NCBI GenBank assembly: GCA_041476545.1
Contig: JBGOTP010000003.1
Location: 1-47,215, forward strand
Reading direction: 5' to 3'
From: Vicinamibacteria bacterium
GTDB lineage: Bacteria; Acidobacteriota; Vicinamibacteria; Vicinamibacterales; CAVVIG01
DNA: 47,215 nt
Shown here: piece by piece, positions 17,656 to 27,719 of the stretch
Position numbering within the stretch: position 1 is the stretch's first letter
Layout of the letters: each line of letters begins with the position of its first letter
Position numbers and translations under genes: made by a program
Notes under the pieces: generated by a model
What the model was told of the DNA's origin: nothing
Databases searched by the model: none
The model's input: only the letters and a program-made list of their open reading frames with translations

Positions 17656-19479
17656 GTGTCTCCCAGATTGAACTGGCTCTGGCCGGTTCTGGTCGTTGCG
17701 CTCTTCTGCCTGCCGCTCTTCGCCCGTCTGGACGGCCTCGATCTTCGGGGCGACGAAGCGGCCCATTCCTTCTCGGTTGACCGAATCCTCGAGACCGGCG
17801 ACTGGCTGATCCCCAAGGGCAGTCCGGGCGAAGACGAGCCCTTCCTCGAAAAGCCCCCGCTGAAATTCTGGATCATCGCGGCGGGCATCCGGTCGGGGCT
17901 GTTGCCACACACCGACGTCGGACTGAGGTTCTGGGACGCATTGTTCGGCAGCGTCGCCTTCTTCTACGTCTTTCTCATCGGACGTCGACTCGCGGGCCCG
18001 GTGTGCGGCGCGACGGCGGTCCTCATTCTTTTCATCCATGAGCCGCTCTTATTCGATCACGGACTCCGCGGCAACAACATGGAAGCGGCGCTGGTCCTGT
18101 GCTATTGCGGCAGCTTCTATCACTATCTCGCCTGGACCGCCGACTCGACCCCGCGGCGCCGGTGGCATGCGATCGCGCTCGCCTTGTGCTTCACCCTCGG
18201 ATTCATGGTGAAGTTCGTCGCCGCGCTGTTTGTCCCCGCGGTTCTCGCGGTAGCGAGTCTCGCCGTTCCCTCCTATCGCGCGCGCGTGGCCCGCGACTGG
18301 CGCCTCTGGAGCGCCGTGAGCCTGCTCGCGCTGGCCCTTATCGCGCCGTGGTTTGCGTACGCGGACCATATGTTTGGTGCCAGGTTCTGGCACGTGATCT
18401 TCGGCGCGCACGTCTACACACGCCTGACGGCCGGGCTCGACCCCGCCCACGTGCAGTCGGGGGGGTACTACTTCTCTCAATTGACTGGCAGCTTGAAGCA
18501 CTCCGGCGCGCGGCTGCTCGCGGTGGCCGGCGGAATTCTGCTCCTGATCGAGACGATTCGGCGCCGATGGGCCGAGGGCTTCGTGATCCTGTTGTGGTTC
18601 GCGCTGCCATTCGGAGCGATCTCGCTCCTGACCTCTAAGCTGTACTACTACGCCGACCCTTTTCTTCCGCCGGTTGCCCTGGCGGGAGGGTACTTCATGA
18701 CGATCTGCTGGCTGTATTTCCCGCCGCGCATCCCACGTGTCGTGGATGACACGATTCAACGGGCGACAACGTGGGCACCCCGCGTGATGGCGGCCCGACA
18801 CTGGCTCGGCGCGCGGCTGCTTCTGCTCGGTATCGCAACAGCGGCCGGCGCGATCATGGCGTGGACCTTGACGTTCGGCTCGGCCCGTATCAGCATCGCC
18901 GGCACGGTCTGGCTGAGGAATTCGAACTTTCTTCGACCGTGGCTCGTTGTCCTTGCGTGCGGCGCACTTGCCTCGAGGTCCAGACAGGTCGGCCGTTTGC
19001 TGACGGTTCCACTGTTGATGACGTTACTGATGCCGCCCTTGCAGGGGTACCGCGAAACCCTGACACGCATCGCGGTCGAGAATCACCCGATGCGATCCGC
19101 GCGCGACTGCATCCAGCGCATTCGATCTGACGCCGGCAGCGGCCCGTCCGTCTGGCGCGGTCTGTACATCGCGGGGCCCGACAGCGCGTTCGGTCACGAA
19201 CTCTACTACTTCCGGGGTCTGCGTCCGTGGGAACGCGCGCAGACGCCCACGGACGAAACACTCCGCAAGTACCTCTACGACCCGTTGGAGCAGCGGCCGG
19301 TTCTGGTGGACGGCCCGCTCTATACGTCGTTCACGAAGCGCCTGGCCTCATCCGTCGTTCCCTCCGCGCGTGACTCGCGAGTCGATCCCGGCACGGTGAA
19401 GATCGACGACGTCCGCCTGCTGTTGCCGGGGGTATATGCCGTCTGCGGAGACACCCGCGCGAGCTCGACGCCGCGCTGA
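17656..19479 (+). CDS. ArnT/PMT-like (GT39/GT83) membrane glycosyltransferase, paralog 1
   Basis: DEA, ETGDWLIP, FLEKPPLKFW, SKLYYY and many TM segments. Start inferred at GTG 17656 by comparison with the paralog. Confidence 0.85.
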   Translation: MSPRLNWLWPVLVVALFCLPLFARLDGLDLRGDEAAHSFSVDRILETGDWLIPKGSPGEDEPFLEKPPLKFWIIAAGIRSGLLPHTDVGLRFWDALFGSVAFFYVFLIGRRLAGPVCGATAVLILFIHEPLLFDHGLRGNNMEAALVLCYCGSFYHYLAWTADSTPRRRWHAIALALCFTLGFMVKFVAALFVPAVLAVASLAVPSYRARVARDWRLWSAVSLLALALIAPWFAYADHMFGARFWHVIFGAHVYTRLTAGLDPAHVQSGGYYFSQLTGSLKHSGARLLAVAGGILLLIETIRRRWAEGFVILLWFALPFGAISLLTSKLYYYADPFLPPVALAGGYFMTICWLYFPPRIPRVVDDTIQRATTWAPRVMAARHWLGARLLLLGIATAAGAIMAWTLTFGSARISIAGTVWLRNSNFLRPWLVVLACGALASRSRQVGRLLTVPLLMTLLMPPLQGYRETLTRIAVENHPMRSARDCIQRIRSDAGSGPSVWRGLYIAGPDSAFGHELYYFRGLRPWERAQTPTDETLRKYLYDPLEQRPVLVDGPLYTSFTKRLASSVVPSARDSRVDPGTVKIDDVRLLLPGVYAVCGDTRASSTPR

Positions 19480-19536
19480 CGCTCGCGACGATCGTGGACC
19501 CTGCCGGCCGTTGAAGTTTGGAGGTATAGTCGACGC

Positions 19537-21390
19537 TTGGTCGCTCCTGACGGCGTTCGCCGGCTGACATGGCTCTGGCCGGTTCTGGTCGTTGCGCTCT
19601 TCTGCCTGCCGCTCTTCATCGGTCTCGACCACGTCGATCTTCGGGGCGACGAAGCCGCCCACTCGTTCACGTCCGAGCGCATTCTCGAAACCGGTGACTG
19701 GCTCATTCCGAGAACGAGTCCGGACGACACGCCCTTCCTCGAAAAACCACCGCTGAAGTTCTGGATCGTCGCGGCCGGCATTCGGCTGGGGCTGCCGCGC
19801 AACGAGTTCGGCCTGCGGTTCTGGGACGCGTTGTTTGGCGGCATCGCGTTCTTCTATGTCTTCCTCATCGGCCGCCGGCTCGCCGGCCCGGTGTGCGGCG
19901 CAGCGGCGGTCCTTGTCCTCTTCGTCCACGGACCACTGCTCGTCGAGCATGGACTGCGCGACAACGACATGGAGGCGGCACTGCTGCTGTGCTATTGCGG
20001 GGGCGTCTACCATTACCTCGCCTGGGCGTCATCGGAGCCGGCTTCGAAGGACCGGTGGCACGCAATCGCCGTCGGGTTGTACTTCGCCCTCGGGTTCATG
20101 GTGAAATTCGTCGCCGCGTTGTTTCTCCCGTTCGTGCTCGGCGTCGCGACCCTCACGATCCCCTCCTATCGTCGTCGTCTCCTTCGCGACTGGCGCCTGT
20201 GGGGCGCGGCAAAACTCCTGGCGCTGGTGCTCATTGCGCCCTGGTTCGCCTATGGGGCCTACAGGTTTGGTGCTGGCTTCTGGGGCACCATCTTCGGCAT
20301 CCACGTGTATGAGCGCCTGATCGGGGCGACGGGGCTCGACCCCACTCACGTGCATCCCTGGAACTTCTACTTCACTCAGCTGTACGACAACCTCGGCCGC
20401 TACGACACGTGGCCGCTCGCGCTTGCCGGTGGAATCCTGCTGGTTGTGGAAACGATTCGCCGCCGGTGGCGCGAAGGCGTCGTGCTGCTGCTGTGGTTCG
20501 CGCTGCCGCTCGGCGTGATCTCAATTGGCACGTCCAAGCTGTACCACTACGTCTATCCGTTTCTGCCGCCGCTGGCGCTGGCGGGAGGGTACCTGCTGGC
20601 CTTCTTGTGGCTGCACCTGCATCCGCTCGTTCGACGCCTGGTGGCCGGCATCGACGAGCGCGCGACGACCTGGGTGCCGCGCGTGATGGCGGCGGCACGG
20701 AGGCCCGTCCCGCGGCGGCTTCTTCTCACGATCGCCGCAGCGGCGGTCGCCATCGTCGCATGGACCATGGTCCGTGGTCCGATCCACGTCAGGCTGTCCA
20801 ACGGGGTGGTGCTGAAGAGCAGCGGCTTCTTCCGGCCGTGGATCGTCGCGGTCGTCTGTGGCATTCTCGCGGGAAAATCCAGGCAGGTCGGCCGCTTCCT
20901 GGGCGCATCGCTCCTCGTGCTCTTCCTGTCGCCCGTCGCGGAGTACCGTGTGATGATCGAGCGTCTGGCCGTGGAGAAGCATCCGCTGCGAACGGCGCGC
21001 AACTGCCTCGAGCGTGTTCGTTCGGAAAGCGCCGGCGCAACGCCCGGACGGGCCGTGTACGTCGCGGGGCCAGCCAGCGCGTTCGGTCACGGTCACTTCT
21101 ACTACTTTCGGACCCTGAGTGCGTGGGTCCCGCCGGCGGACTGGGTGAGCACGCCAACACCCGCGGACGACACACTCTCCACGTACCTCTACGATCCGTC
21201 CGGGCAGCGGCCGGTGCTGTTGGAAGACGTGCTCTACACGTCGTTCAAGAATCGGTTGGCCTCGGACGCCATCCCGTCCGCCCGCGAGTCAAGACCCGAG
21301 CCCGGCATGGTGAGACTCGACGACGCCCTCCTGCTCCTGCCGGGGCCGTACGCCGCGTGTGGAGCACGAGCACCCTCACGCAATCGCTGA
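19537..21390 (+). CDS. ArnT/PMT-like membrane glycosyltransferase, paralog 2
   Basis: Same motifs, and colinear with the upstream gene over its full length. Confidence 0.87.
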   Translation: MVAPDGVRRLTWLWPVLVVALFCLPLFIGLDHVDLRGDEAAHSFTSERILETGDWLIPRTSPDDTPFLEKPPLKFWIVAAGIRLGLPRNEFGLRFWDALFGGIAFFYVFLIGRRLAGPVCGAAAVLVLFVHGPLLVEHGLRDNDMEAALLLCYCGGVYHYLAWASSEPASKDRWHAIAVGLYFALGFMVKFVAALFLPFVLGVATLTIPSYRRRLLRDWRLWGAAKLLALVLIAPWFAYGAYRFGAGFWGTIFGIHVYERLIGATGLDPTHVHPWNFYFTQLYDNLGRYDTWPLALAGGILLVVETIRRRWREGVVLLLWFALPLGVISIGTSKLYHYVYPFLPPLALAGGYLLAFLWLHLHPLVRRLVAGIDERATTWVPRVMAAARRPVPRRLLLTIAAAAVAIVAWTMVRGPIHVRLSNGVVLKSSGFFRPWIVAVVCGILAGKSRQVGRFLGASLLVLFLSPVAEYRVMIERLAVEKHPLRTARNCLERVRSESAGATPGRAVYVAGPASAFGHGHFYYFRTLSAWVPPADWVSTPTPADDTLSTYLYDPSGQRPVLLEDVLYTSFKNRLASDAIPSARESRPEPGMVRLDDALLLLPGPYAACGARAPSRNR

Positions 21391-21554
21391 CTTTAGATCC
21401 CAGACTCCCGATCAGCGGGACGTGCGATTCACTGCGGCGGAGTGGCCTCGATCCGCTTCAGCGCTGAGTCGCCTCGTTTCGCAAACGGCCCGATCCACTA
21501 CACTGCATCGAGTTGCGCACGGACTGGCTGGTCTATGAAGGAGTGAGGTGTGTC

Positions 21555-22595
21555 ATGAGGCAGCCCTTGGCCGTCGTCTTGTTCGCTGCAGTGTTCGGCC
21601 TTGCATTCGCGCGGGCTCAGTCGCCGGGGCCTGGTGGATCGGTCGAACGGCTCGACCCAGCCTTGGACGACATCCTGGCAACCGACGCCAAGCTCGAGGT
21701 GATCCGGCAGGACTACTTCGGCGCGGCCGAAGGCCCGACGTGGTTCAGGGATGGCGCGGCCGGCTACCTGCTCTTCAGCGATATGGCGGCGAACAGAATC
21801 TACAAGTGGGATCCCGCGGTCAGGCAACTGTCGACGTTTCTCGAGAAGTCCGGTTTCAGCGGCACGGATATCACCGAGGTGCGGGCGCTCGACAACGGCC
21901 GGCTGATGGTCGCGTTACTGGGGTCGAACGGCCTCGCCCAGGACCATGAAGGCCGCCTGGTATTCTGTACCCACGGGAACCGTTCGATCATGCGGCTGGA
22001 GAAGGACGGGACACGCACGACGCTCGCCGATCGCTACGAGAGCAAACGGTTCAACGGCCCGAACGACCTGGTGGTGAAGTCGGATGGCTCGATCTATTTC
22101 ACCGACCTGGGGGCCGGCCTGAGGGGCGGCGCGGCCAGGAGCCCCGACAAGGAACTCGATTTCCAGGGCACCTTCCGTTGGAAACCCGACGGCACAGTAC
22201 AGTTGATTGCGAAGAACGGCGCCAACGGTATTGCATTCTCGCCGGACGAACGGTATCTATTCGTGACCGGCGGCGGCGGCATCATGCGTTACGAGCTGCG
22301 GCCCGACGGCACGCCGGGTGAGGGTCGCCTACATGTCGACATGCGAGGACAACCGCTCCGCGGCGGCGCCGACGGCATCCGCGTGGACCGTCGAGGCTAC
22401 ATGTTCAGTTCGGGCCCGGGCGGCGCATGGATCTCCGACGCCAGCGGCAAGCACATCGGCACCATCTACACCCCGGACAGGAACGCCACCGAAACGACCA
22501 CGAGCGTGGCCTTCGGCGACATCGACGGCAAGGGCCTCTATGTCACCGGCGTTCGAAGTCTCTACCACATCCGGATGAAGTCGTCAGCGCAGTAA
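21555..22595 (+). CDS. Secreted SMP-30/gluconolactonase family protein
   Basis: Signal peptide, EGPTW, LLFSD, GSNGL, FNGPND, IYFTD, NGIAFSPD, ADGIRVD. Confidence 0.9.
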   Translation: MRQPLAVVLFAAVFGLAFARAQSPGPGGSVERLDPALDDILATDAKLEVIRQDYFGAAEGPTWFRDGAAGYLLFSDMAANRIYKWDPAVRQLSTFLEKSGFSGTDITEVRALDNGRLMVALLGSNGLAQDHEGRLVFCTHGNRSIMRLEKDGTRTTLADRYESKRFNGPNDLVVKSDGSIYFTDLGAGLRGGAARSPDKELDFQGTFRWKPDGTVQLIAKNGANGIAFSPDERYLFVTGGGGIMRYELRPDGTPGEGRLHVDMRGQPLRGGADGIRVDRRGYMFSSGPGGAWISDASGKHIGTIYTPDRNATETTTSVAFGDIDGKGLYVTGVRSLYHIRMKSSAQ

Positions 22596-22617
22596 CGACG
22601 AGCATGGAGGCAAGATC

Positions 22618-23775
22618 ATGAGACGGACTGTCACGGGACTCGTGCGATTGGGCATCGCCGTCGCGGCGCTCAGCGTGACTCATGCCGTCTCTCGCGCGGA
22701 TCAAACGTCGAAGCTTGGTGGCGCTCCACGGGTTCCGCAGTTCCAGTTCGATCCGAGCTGGCCGAAGCAGCCGTTCCCGAACTACGAGATCATCGGCAAT
22801 GTCATCGGCTTGGCTATCGACGCCAAAGAGCACGTCTGGGTGCTCCATCGGCCCCAGATGGTGACCGAGCAGGAGCAAGGTGCCGCGTTCGGCCGGCCGG
22901 AGGCGCTCTGCTGCCGGCCGGCCAAGCCGGTCCTCGACATCGATCCGGCGGGCAACGTCGTTCAGGAGTGGGGCGGTCCGGGGGCCGGGTACACCTGGGT
23001 CAGCCAGGAACATGGCATCTTCGTCGATCATAAGGACAACGTCTGGATCGGGAGTCCCCAGGACTCGCACCTTCTGAAGTTCACACGCAACGGCATGTTC
23101 CTCATGCAGATTGGCGAGCCCGGCCACAAGGAGCCGACGAGCCGCGACCCGAAGATTCTGGGCGGACCTGCGCCGTTTGTCGACGCGACGACCAACGAGC
23201 TTTTCGTGGCGGACGGATACCGAAACCGCCGCGTCATCGTCTTCGACGCCGACACGGGGGCCTTCAAGCGCATGTGGGGCGCATACGGGAAGCCGCCGGA
23301 CGACTCCATTCCGTGGAAGTTCAACCCGGCTGGCACGGACGTCTCGCCATCGCCGCAGTTCCAGACGGTCACGGGTGTCGTGGTCAGCAGGGACAACCTC
23401 GTGTACGTGTCGGATCGCAGCAACAATCGCATCCAAGTCTTCCGGAAGGACGGCACCTTCGTGCGAGAGGGTTTCGTTCTGCCGAAAACGCCAAGAGGGA
23501 CAATCGATACGCTGGCGTTTTCGCCGGATCCCGAGCAGCGCTTCCTCTACGATGCCGACCCGCGCAACATGCGCATCTGGATTCTTCGACGCGCCGACCT
23601 TCACGTGCTGGGCTGGTTCGGCCACGGGGGACATCAGGCCGGCGGCTTCGTCTCGCCCGCCTACATCGTCGTTGACGCCAAGGGCAACCTGTACGTCGGC
23701 GAAGGCCAGGACGGCAAGCGCGTGCAGCGCTTTCTCTACAAAGGCATGGGCCCCGCGGCGAACGCGTTGAACTGA
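22618..23775 (+). CDS. Secreted NHL-repeat beta-propeller (peptidyl-alpha-hydroxyglycine lyase-like)
   Basis: Signal peptide, DPSWPK, EHGIFVD, FVADGYRNRRV, VSDRSNNRIQVF, DAKGNLYVGE. Confidence 0.85.
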   Translation: MRRTVTGLVRLGIAVAALSVTHAVSRADQTSKLGGAPRVPQFQFDPSWPKQPFPNYEIIGNVIGLAIDAKEHVWVLHRPQMVTEQEQGAAFGRPEALCCRPAKPVLDIDPAGNVVQEWGGPGAGYTWVSQEHGIFVDHKDNVWIGSPQDSHLLKFTRNGMFLMQIGEPGHKEPTSRDPKILGGPAPFVDATTNELFVADGYRNRRVIVFDADTGAFKRMWGAYGKPPDDSIPWKFNPAGTDVSPSPQFQTVTGVVVSRDNLVYVSDRSNNRIQVFRKDGTFVREGFVLPKTPRGTIDTLAFSPDPEQRFLYDADPRNMRIWILRRADLHVLGWFGHGGHQAGGFVSPAYIVVDAKGNLYVGEGQDGKRVQRFLYKGMGPAANALN

Positions 23776-23846
23776 ACGGCATTCGATCGCCCGGCTCGAT
23801 CCTGGCGTCAGAGACAGGGAGAAGGGAAGGGACGCGCAGGCGGCCG

Positions 23847-24290
23847 TCAGTGCGGGAGTGCGGGAGGGGCAACCTCTCGCGCGGCGTTCGTCGCGAGCAG
23901 ACCGGTGGCCAGCGTGACCAGGTCCTCGAGCCAGAGCGGTTTGAAGCGGAGCGTGACGCCAAGCGCGGTGAGTTCGCTCGAGACCGCCGGCGTCAGCGAA
24001 TAGTCCCCCGTCACGATCGCGACGGGCGTCATCGGGCCGCGCAGGCGTTGCTCCTGGGCGCGAAGCCGCTGGATGAACGTCAACCCGTCCATCGCCGGCA
24101 TATGAAGGTCGACAATGATCGCGTCGGCGGCGCGCTCTGAGGCTTCATTGAGCGCCATGCTCGCGTTCTGCACCGCGCAGACCTCATGACCTTCGAGGCG
24201 CAGCATCTGCGCGAACGTCATCCGCGTCAGCTCATCATCGTCGATGATGAGCACTCTGGCCGGCCGGCCCGTCATGACCATGGTTCCCAC
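23847..24290 (-). CDS. Single-domain response regulator
   Basis: VLIIDDD, IVDLHMPAMDG, IVTG, FKP. Confidence 0.9.
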   Translation of the reverse strand: MGTMVMTGRPARVLIIDDDELTRMTFAQMLRLEGHEVCAVQNASMALNEASERAADAIIVDLHMPAMDGLTFIQRLRAQEQRLRGPMTPVAIVTGDYSLTPAVSSELTALGVTLRFKPLWLEDLVTLATGLLATNAAREVAPPALPH

Positions 24291-24296
24291 CGCACG

Positions 24297-24731
24297 TCAG
24301 GACACCGTGCCATGGAGCACCCGGCGGGGACGATTTTCGGCAATTCCCCCGTAGAGAAGCAACGATACTGCCTGCAGCAAGCCGTGCGCGGTCACCGGCT
24401 TGTCGAGGAACGCCTCGTCTTCCCACAAGGCGCCTTTGTCGTCGAAGAGCTGGTCGCTGAATCCGGTCAGGTACAGGACCTTCACGTCGGGTTGTCGCTG
24501 GCGAACCCGTCGCGCCAGTTCGTCTCCAGTCATTCCCGGCATGCGGAGATCGGTCAGCAGCAGATCAAACGGACCCGCCGATTCAATCGCGGTGATGGCT
24601 TCCGACCCGCTGGCCGCGGTGTGTGTCTGATGCCCGGCGATCTGGAGCGTGCGCTCGACGAACTCGCGGATGGCGGGTTCATCGTCGACGATCAGCACGC
24701 GGGCGGATGCGGGATTCGATGGTTGAGTCAC
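24297..24731 (-). CDS. Single-domain response regulator
   Basis: VLIVDDE, LTDLRMPGMTG, YLTG, LDKP; GTGA overlap with the kinase stop. Confidence 0.92.
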   Translation of the reverse strand: MTQPSNPASARVLIVDDEPAIREFVERTLQIAGHQTHTAASGSEAITAIESAGPFDLLLTDLRMPGMTGDELARRVRQRQPDVKVLYLTGFSDQLFDDKGALWEDEAFLDKPVTAHGLLQAVSLLLYGGIAENRPRRVLHGTVS

Positions 24732-26803
24732 TCAGCAGGTCCTCCGGCTCCCACGCCGACTAGTTCGGCGGTGGAGCATTGGGTGATATCCGATGCGATA
24801 GGTAGTTGCAGTGTGAAGCAGGCGCCGTGGTCGGCTGTCGTGAGCGTCAGGCTTCCGCCGTGAGCCTCGGCGAGTCCCATGCCAATCGACAGACCGAGAC
24901 CCGTGCCCTGGCCGACGTCCTTCGTCGTGAAGAACGGTTCGAAGATGCGACCGGCGAGGTCCGCCGGCACGCCGGGTCCGTTGTCGGAGATTTCCGTGAA
25001 CACGGCGTTCCCCGATCTGCCGGTACGGACGCGGATGACCCCGGGCTTCCCCGTATCGCGGATGGCGTGCTCGGCGTTCGACATCAGATTCAGGACGATT
25101 TGTCGAATCTCTTCCCGGCTGCCGAGGACGAGCGGCACGTCTGCGGCGTACTCTTCTCGCAAGGTGATCCTGGAGGCCTGGAGGTCGAACGTCCTCACGG
25201 CGATTGTCGAACGCACAACCTCACTCAGATCGACCATCGAGCGTTCCAGAACGGAGCGGCGGACGAACGCGAGCAGGTTCCGGACGATCCTGGCAGCACG
25301 GTCCGCCTCCACCTGCACCCGTTCGAGGTCGTGCCTGACCTCCGGACGGTCTTCGTTTCGCAGCAGGAGCTCGGTGAACCCCATCACGGACTGCAGCGGA
25401 TTGTTCAGCTCGTGAGCGACACCGGCGACCAGTTCGCCCACCGCCGACAGCCGCTCGGTGCGAATCAACTGTTCCTTGAGGCGTCGCTCCTCCGAGATGT
25501 CCCGCTCCACTGAAACCAGATACGTTGGGCGTCCGTGACGATCCATCAGGGCGGCGACGGCCGCTGACACGGGAAATGTCGTGCCGTCCCGACGCGAGCG
25601 AGTCAGCGTCCCGCGCCACGTCGCGCCGCGCGTGACCACCGCCTGGATGTCCTCCGCGGACATGATCTGCCGCGCCGGCGGGTCTCCCGCGCGCATGGCC
25701 ATGAGGTCTTCGCGAGGTACGCCGATGGCCTGGCAGAACGCCAGATTCGCATGCCGGACGTGCCCGTCAGGGGTCAGGATGAGGATGAGATCCTGCGCCT
25801 GTTCGATCACCTGTGTCAGCAGACGCATCGTGCCGTCGGCCTGGTGCAGTTCCGACCGTTCGGCCGCGATCCTGGCGACGAGCAGCGGTAATACCGAGAC
25901 GAACGTGACCGCCGTCGACAGGTCGCGGAATCCCGTGACGTCGAACGGCGCAATGCGCCTCAGACCGAAGTCGACGAGGGGGACCATCGCCACAGCGGCG
26001 AAAATCACCCACGGCCTGGGGCGCGTGAGTTCCGGCGTATCCGGCGAAGACGGTTCGCCCTCCTCGTTGGCCGGCGCAACGCTGGCCGCCCAGGGATAGA
26101 AGGCGAACGGCAGAATCCAGGTGAAGTTGTACACGAACGCCGTGCGATAGAGTCCATGCCCCGCTTCAAAGTTGCTGAGCGTGAGCATCGCAAAACTGAC
26201 GAGCGCCCCGATCGCCAGGCGCCGGTACGTGCCGCGCCAGGGTGTCCTGCGCGCCACGAACGTGGCGGCGATCATGCCAAGCGCCACGAGACCCTGCTGG
26301 AGCTCAAACACGATCAGCAGGGGATTCGACGTCGCCGAGGCCGGTGCGGTCACAAAGAAGGAGTAGAGAAACCCCGTCACCACGGCCAGCCCCGCGATGT
26401 CGACCGCCGTTGTCGCCGTGAGCGGTTCTCTCGCACCGCGATGCGGCTGAGCGAGGAGCGCGAACAACGGCGCGATACCGCCGAAGAGGGCGAACACCGC
26501 GGGCCAGGCGAGCCACGTCTCCCGCCCGGATACCAGTTCATCCGCCGCCCACCCCGTCAGTCCGATGGCCGACATCATCAGGCCCATGCCGATCGTGGAC
26601 CAGAACAACCACTGACAGCCGCTCCATCGGTGCCGGCGCAGGACGATGACGACGACACCCGTCAGCGGAGGCACGAACAGGGCGACGGCGCGAAACCAGC
26701 CCAGTGTCGACGGCAGACCAGCCAGCAACATCCCCGCAATGGCGTAGCCGGCTGAATAGAGGACGCCGATCGCGAGCCAACCCATACCCTCCCTTTTCGG
26801 CAC
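24728..26803 (-). CDS. Membrane-bound PAS-domain sensor histidine kinase
   Basis: About 9 TM segments, a PAS/PAC domain, H box AHELNNPL, N box LNLMSNA, DNGPG, FEPFFTTK and GTGLGL. The start may be the ATG a few codons downstream. Confidence 0.93.
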   Translation of the reverse strand: MPKREGMGWLAIGVLYSAGYAIAGMLLAGLPSTLGWFRAVALFVPPLTGVVVIVLRRHRWSGCQWLFWSTIGMGLMMSAIGLTGWAADELVSGRETWLAWPAVFALFGGIAPLFALLAQPHRGAREPLTATTAVDIAGLAVVTGFLYSFFVTAPASATSNPLLIVFELQQGLVALGMIAATFVARRTPWRGTYRRLAIGALVSFAMLTLSNFEAGHGLYRTAFVYNFTWILPFAFYPWAASVAPANEEGEPSSPDTPELTRPRPWVIFAAVAMVPLVDFGLRRIAPFDVTGFRDLSTAVTFVSVLPLLVARIAAERSELHQADGTMRLLTQVIEQAQDLILILTPDGHVRHANLAFCQAIGVPREDLMAMRAGDPPARQIMSAEDIQAVVTRGATWRGTLTRSRRDGTTFPVSAAVAALMDRHGRPTYLVSVERDISEERRLKEQLIRTERLSAVGELVAGVAHELNNPLQSVMGFTELLLRNEDRPEVRHDLERVQVEADRAARIVRNLLAFVRRSVLERSMVDLSEVVRSTIAVRTFDLQASRITLREEYAADVPLVLGSREEIRQIVLNLMSNAEHAIRDTGKPGVIRVRTGRSGNAVFTEISDNGPGVPADLAGRIFEPFFTTKDVGQGTGLGLSIGMGLAEAHGGSLTLTTADHGACFTLQLPIASDITQCSTAELVGVGAGGPAE

Positions 26804-27010
26804 GAGCGGCTCTTCCCGGCACGAGCAGCCCTTCCGGACACGAGCCGCGACGCCCTCTGTGCGGGAATCCGACAGTTCGTGGCTCCCGCGATCTCAGAAT
26901 TGCGAGGTCCGTGTTCAGAATCGACCCACGCGGTTGTCCGGTGCCGGGGAAGGGGCGTGCAGTCGAGCGCAGATCTCGCGGGTACGCGGGTTGCGGGAGG
27001 CGCCTCCGGC

Positions 27011-27244
27011 ATGCTGCACTTCTTTTGCGCCGGTCCCGACCTCGTGCGATGGGAGCTGACGCTCGTCGACCAGGGCGGACCCTATCGACTGGCGCTCAAT
27101 CACGCCAACGGCGTGATTGTCGAGTACTTCCAGACCAGTTCACTGGCGCTTGTGCGTATCCACGAACTCGAGGAGCTGCTCGTTCGCGCTCGGGGCTTCA
27201 TGGAACCCGCACCGGATCCTGAACCCGCGCTGGCCAACTGCTGA
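27011..27244 (+). CDS. Small hypothetical protein (77 aa)
   Basis: SD GGGAGG upstream of ATG 27011, protein-like composition, and 10 nt before the next gene. Confidence 0.65.
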   Translation: MLHFFCAGPDLVRWELTLVDQGGPYRLALNHANGVIVEYFQTSSLALVRIHELEELLVRARGFMEPAPDPEPALANC

Positions 27245-27254
27245 CTCGACATCA

Positions 27255-27695
27255 ATGCAGTCGACCATTCTCATCATCGATGACAATGTCGTCCTGGCGC
27301 GCGCATTCGCGCGCGTGCTGACGCACGCAGGCTACCGCGTACACACCTGGCATTCGGCGGAAGACGGCCTTCGCCAGGCCAAGGTGCAGCCACCCGACGC
27401 CATCATCCTCGACCTGCAGATGCCGTTTGTGAACGGTGTGGGATTTCTCTACCGGCTGCGCGCCGACGCGACCCTTCGCGACACGCCGGTGATGGTCGTC
27501 ACGGGAGTGTCGCTCACCGAGCAGCGGGCCCTTGAGCTCCGCGAACTTGGCGCCGTGGTGCGGTCGAAACCGCTTGGCATTGACGCGCTTCTGTCGGAAA
27601 CCCAGGCGGTGCTGGCGGGGTCGCGTGTCACGCCACTCCCGGCGGAAACTGGATCTCGCATCAGCGGCGCCCAACCGCGCATCGGCCCGGCCTAG
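27255..27695 (+). CDS. Single-domain response regulator
   Basis: ILIIDDN, ILDLQMPFVNG, VVTG, SKP. Confidence 0.9.
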   Translation: MQSTILIIDDNVVLARAFARVLTHAGYRVHTWHSAEDGLRQAKVQPPDAIILDLQMPFVNGVGFLYRLRADATLRDTPVMVVTGVSLTEQRALELRELGAVVRSKPLGIDALLSETQAVLAGSRVTPLPAETGSRISGAQPRIGPA

Positions 27696-27719
27696 CAGCC
27701 TGCCAGACGCTCTCGGCGA

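Noticed and set aside
12629-17912. Long N-terminal extensions of ORFs 12203..13765, 15408..17912 and 17212..19479
   Set aside because: They overlap real genes, and better starts with an SD or -10 box exist at 12628, 17597 and 17656.
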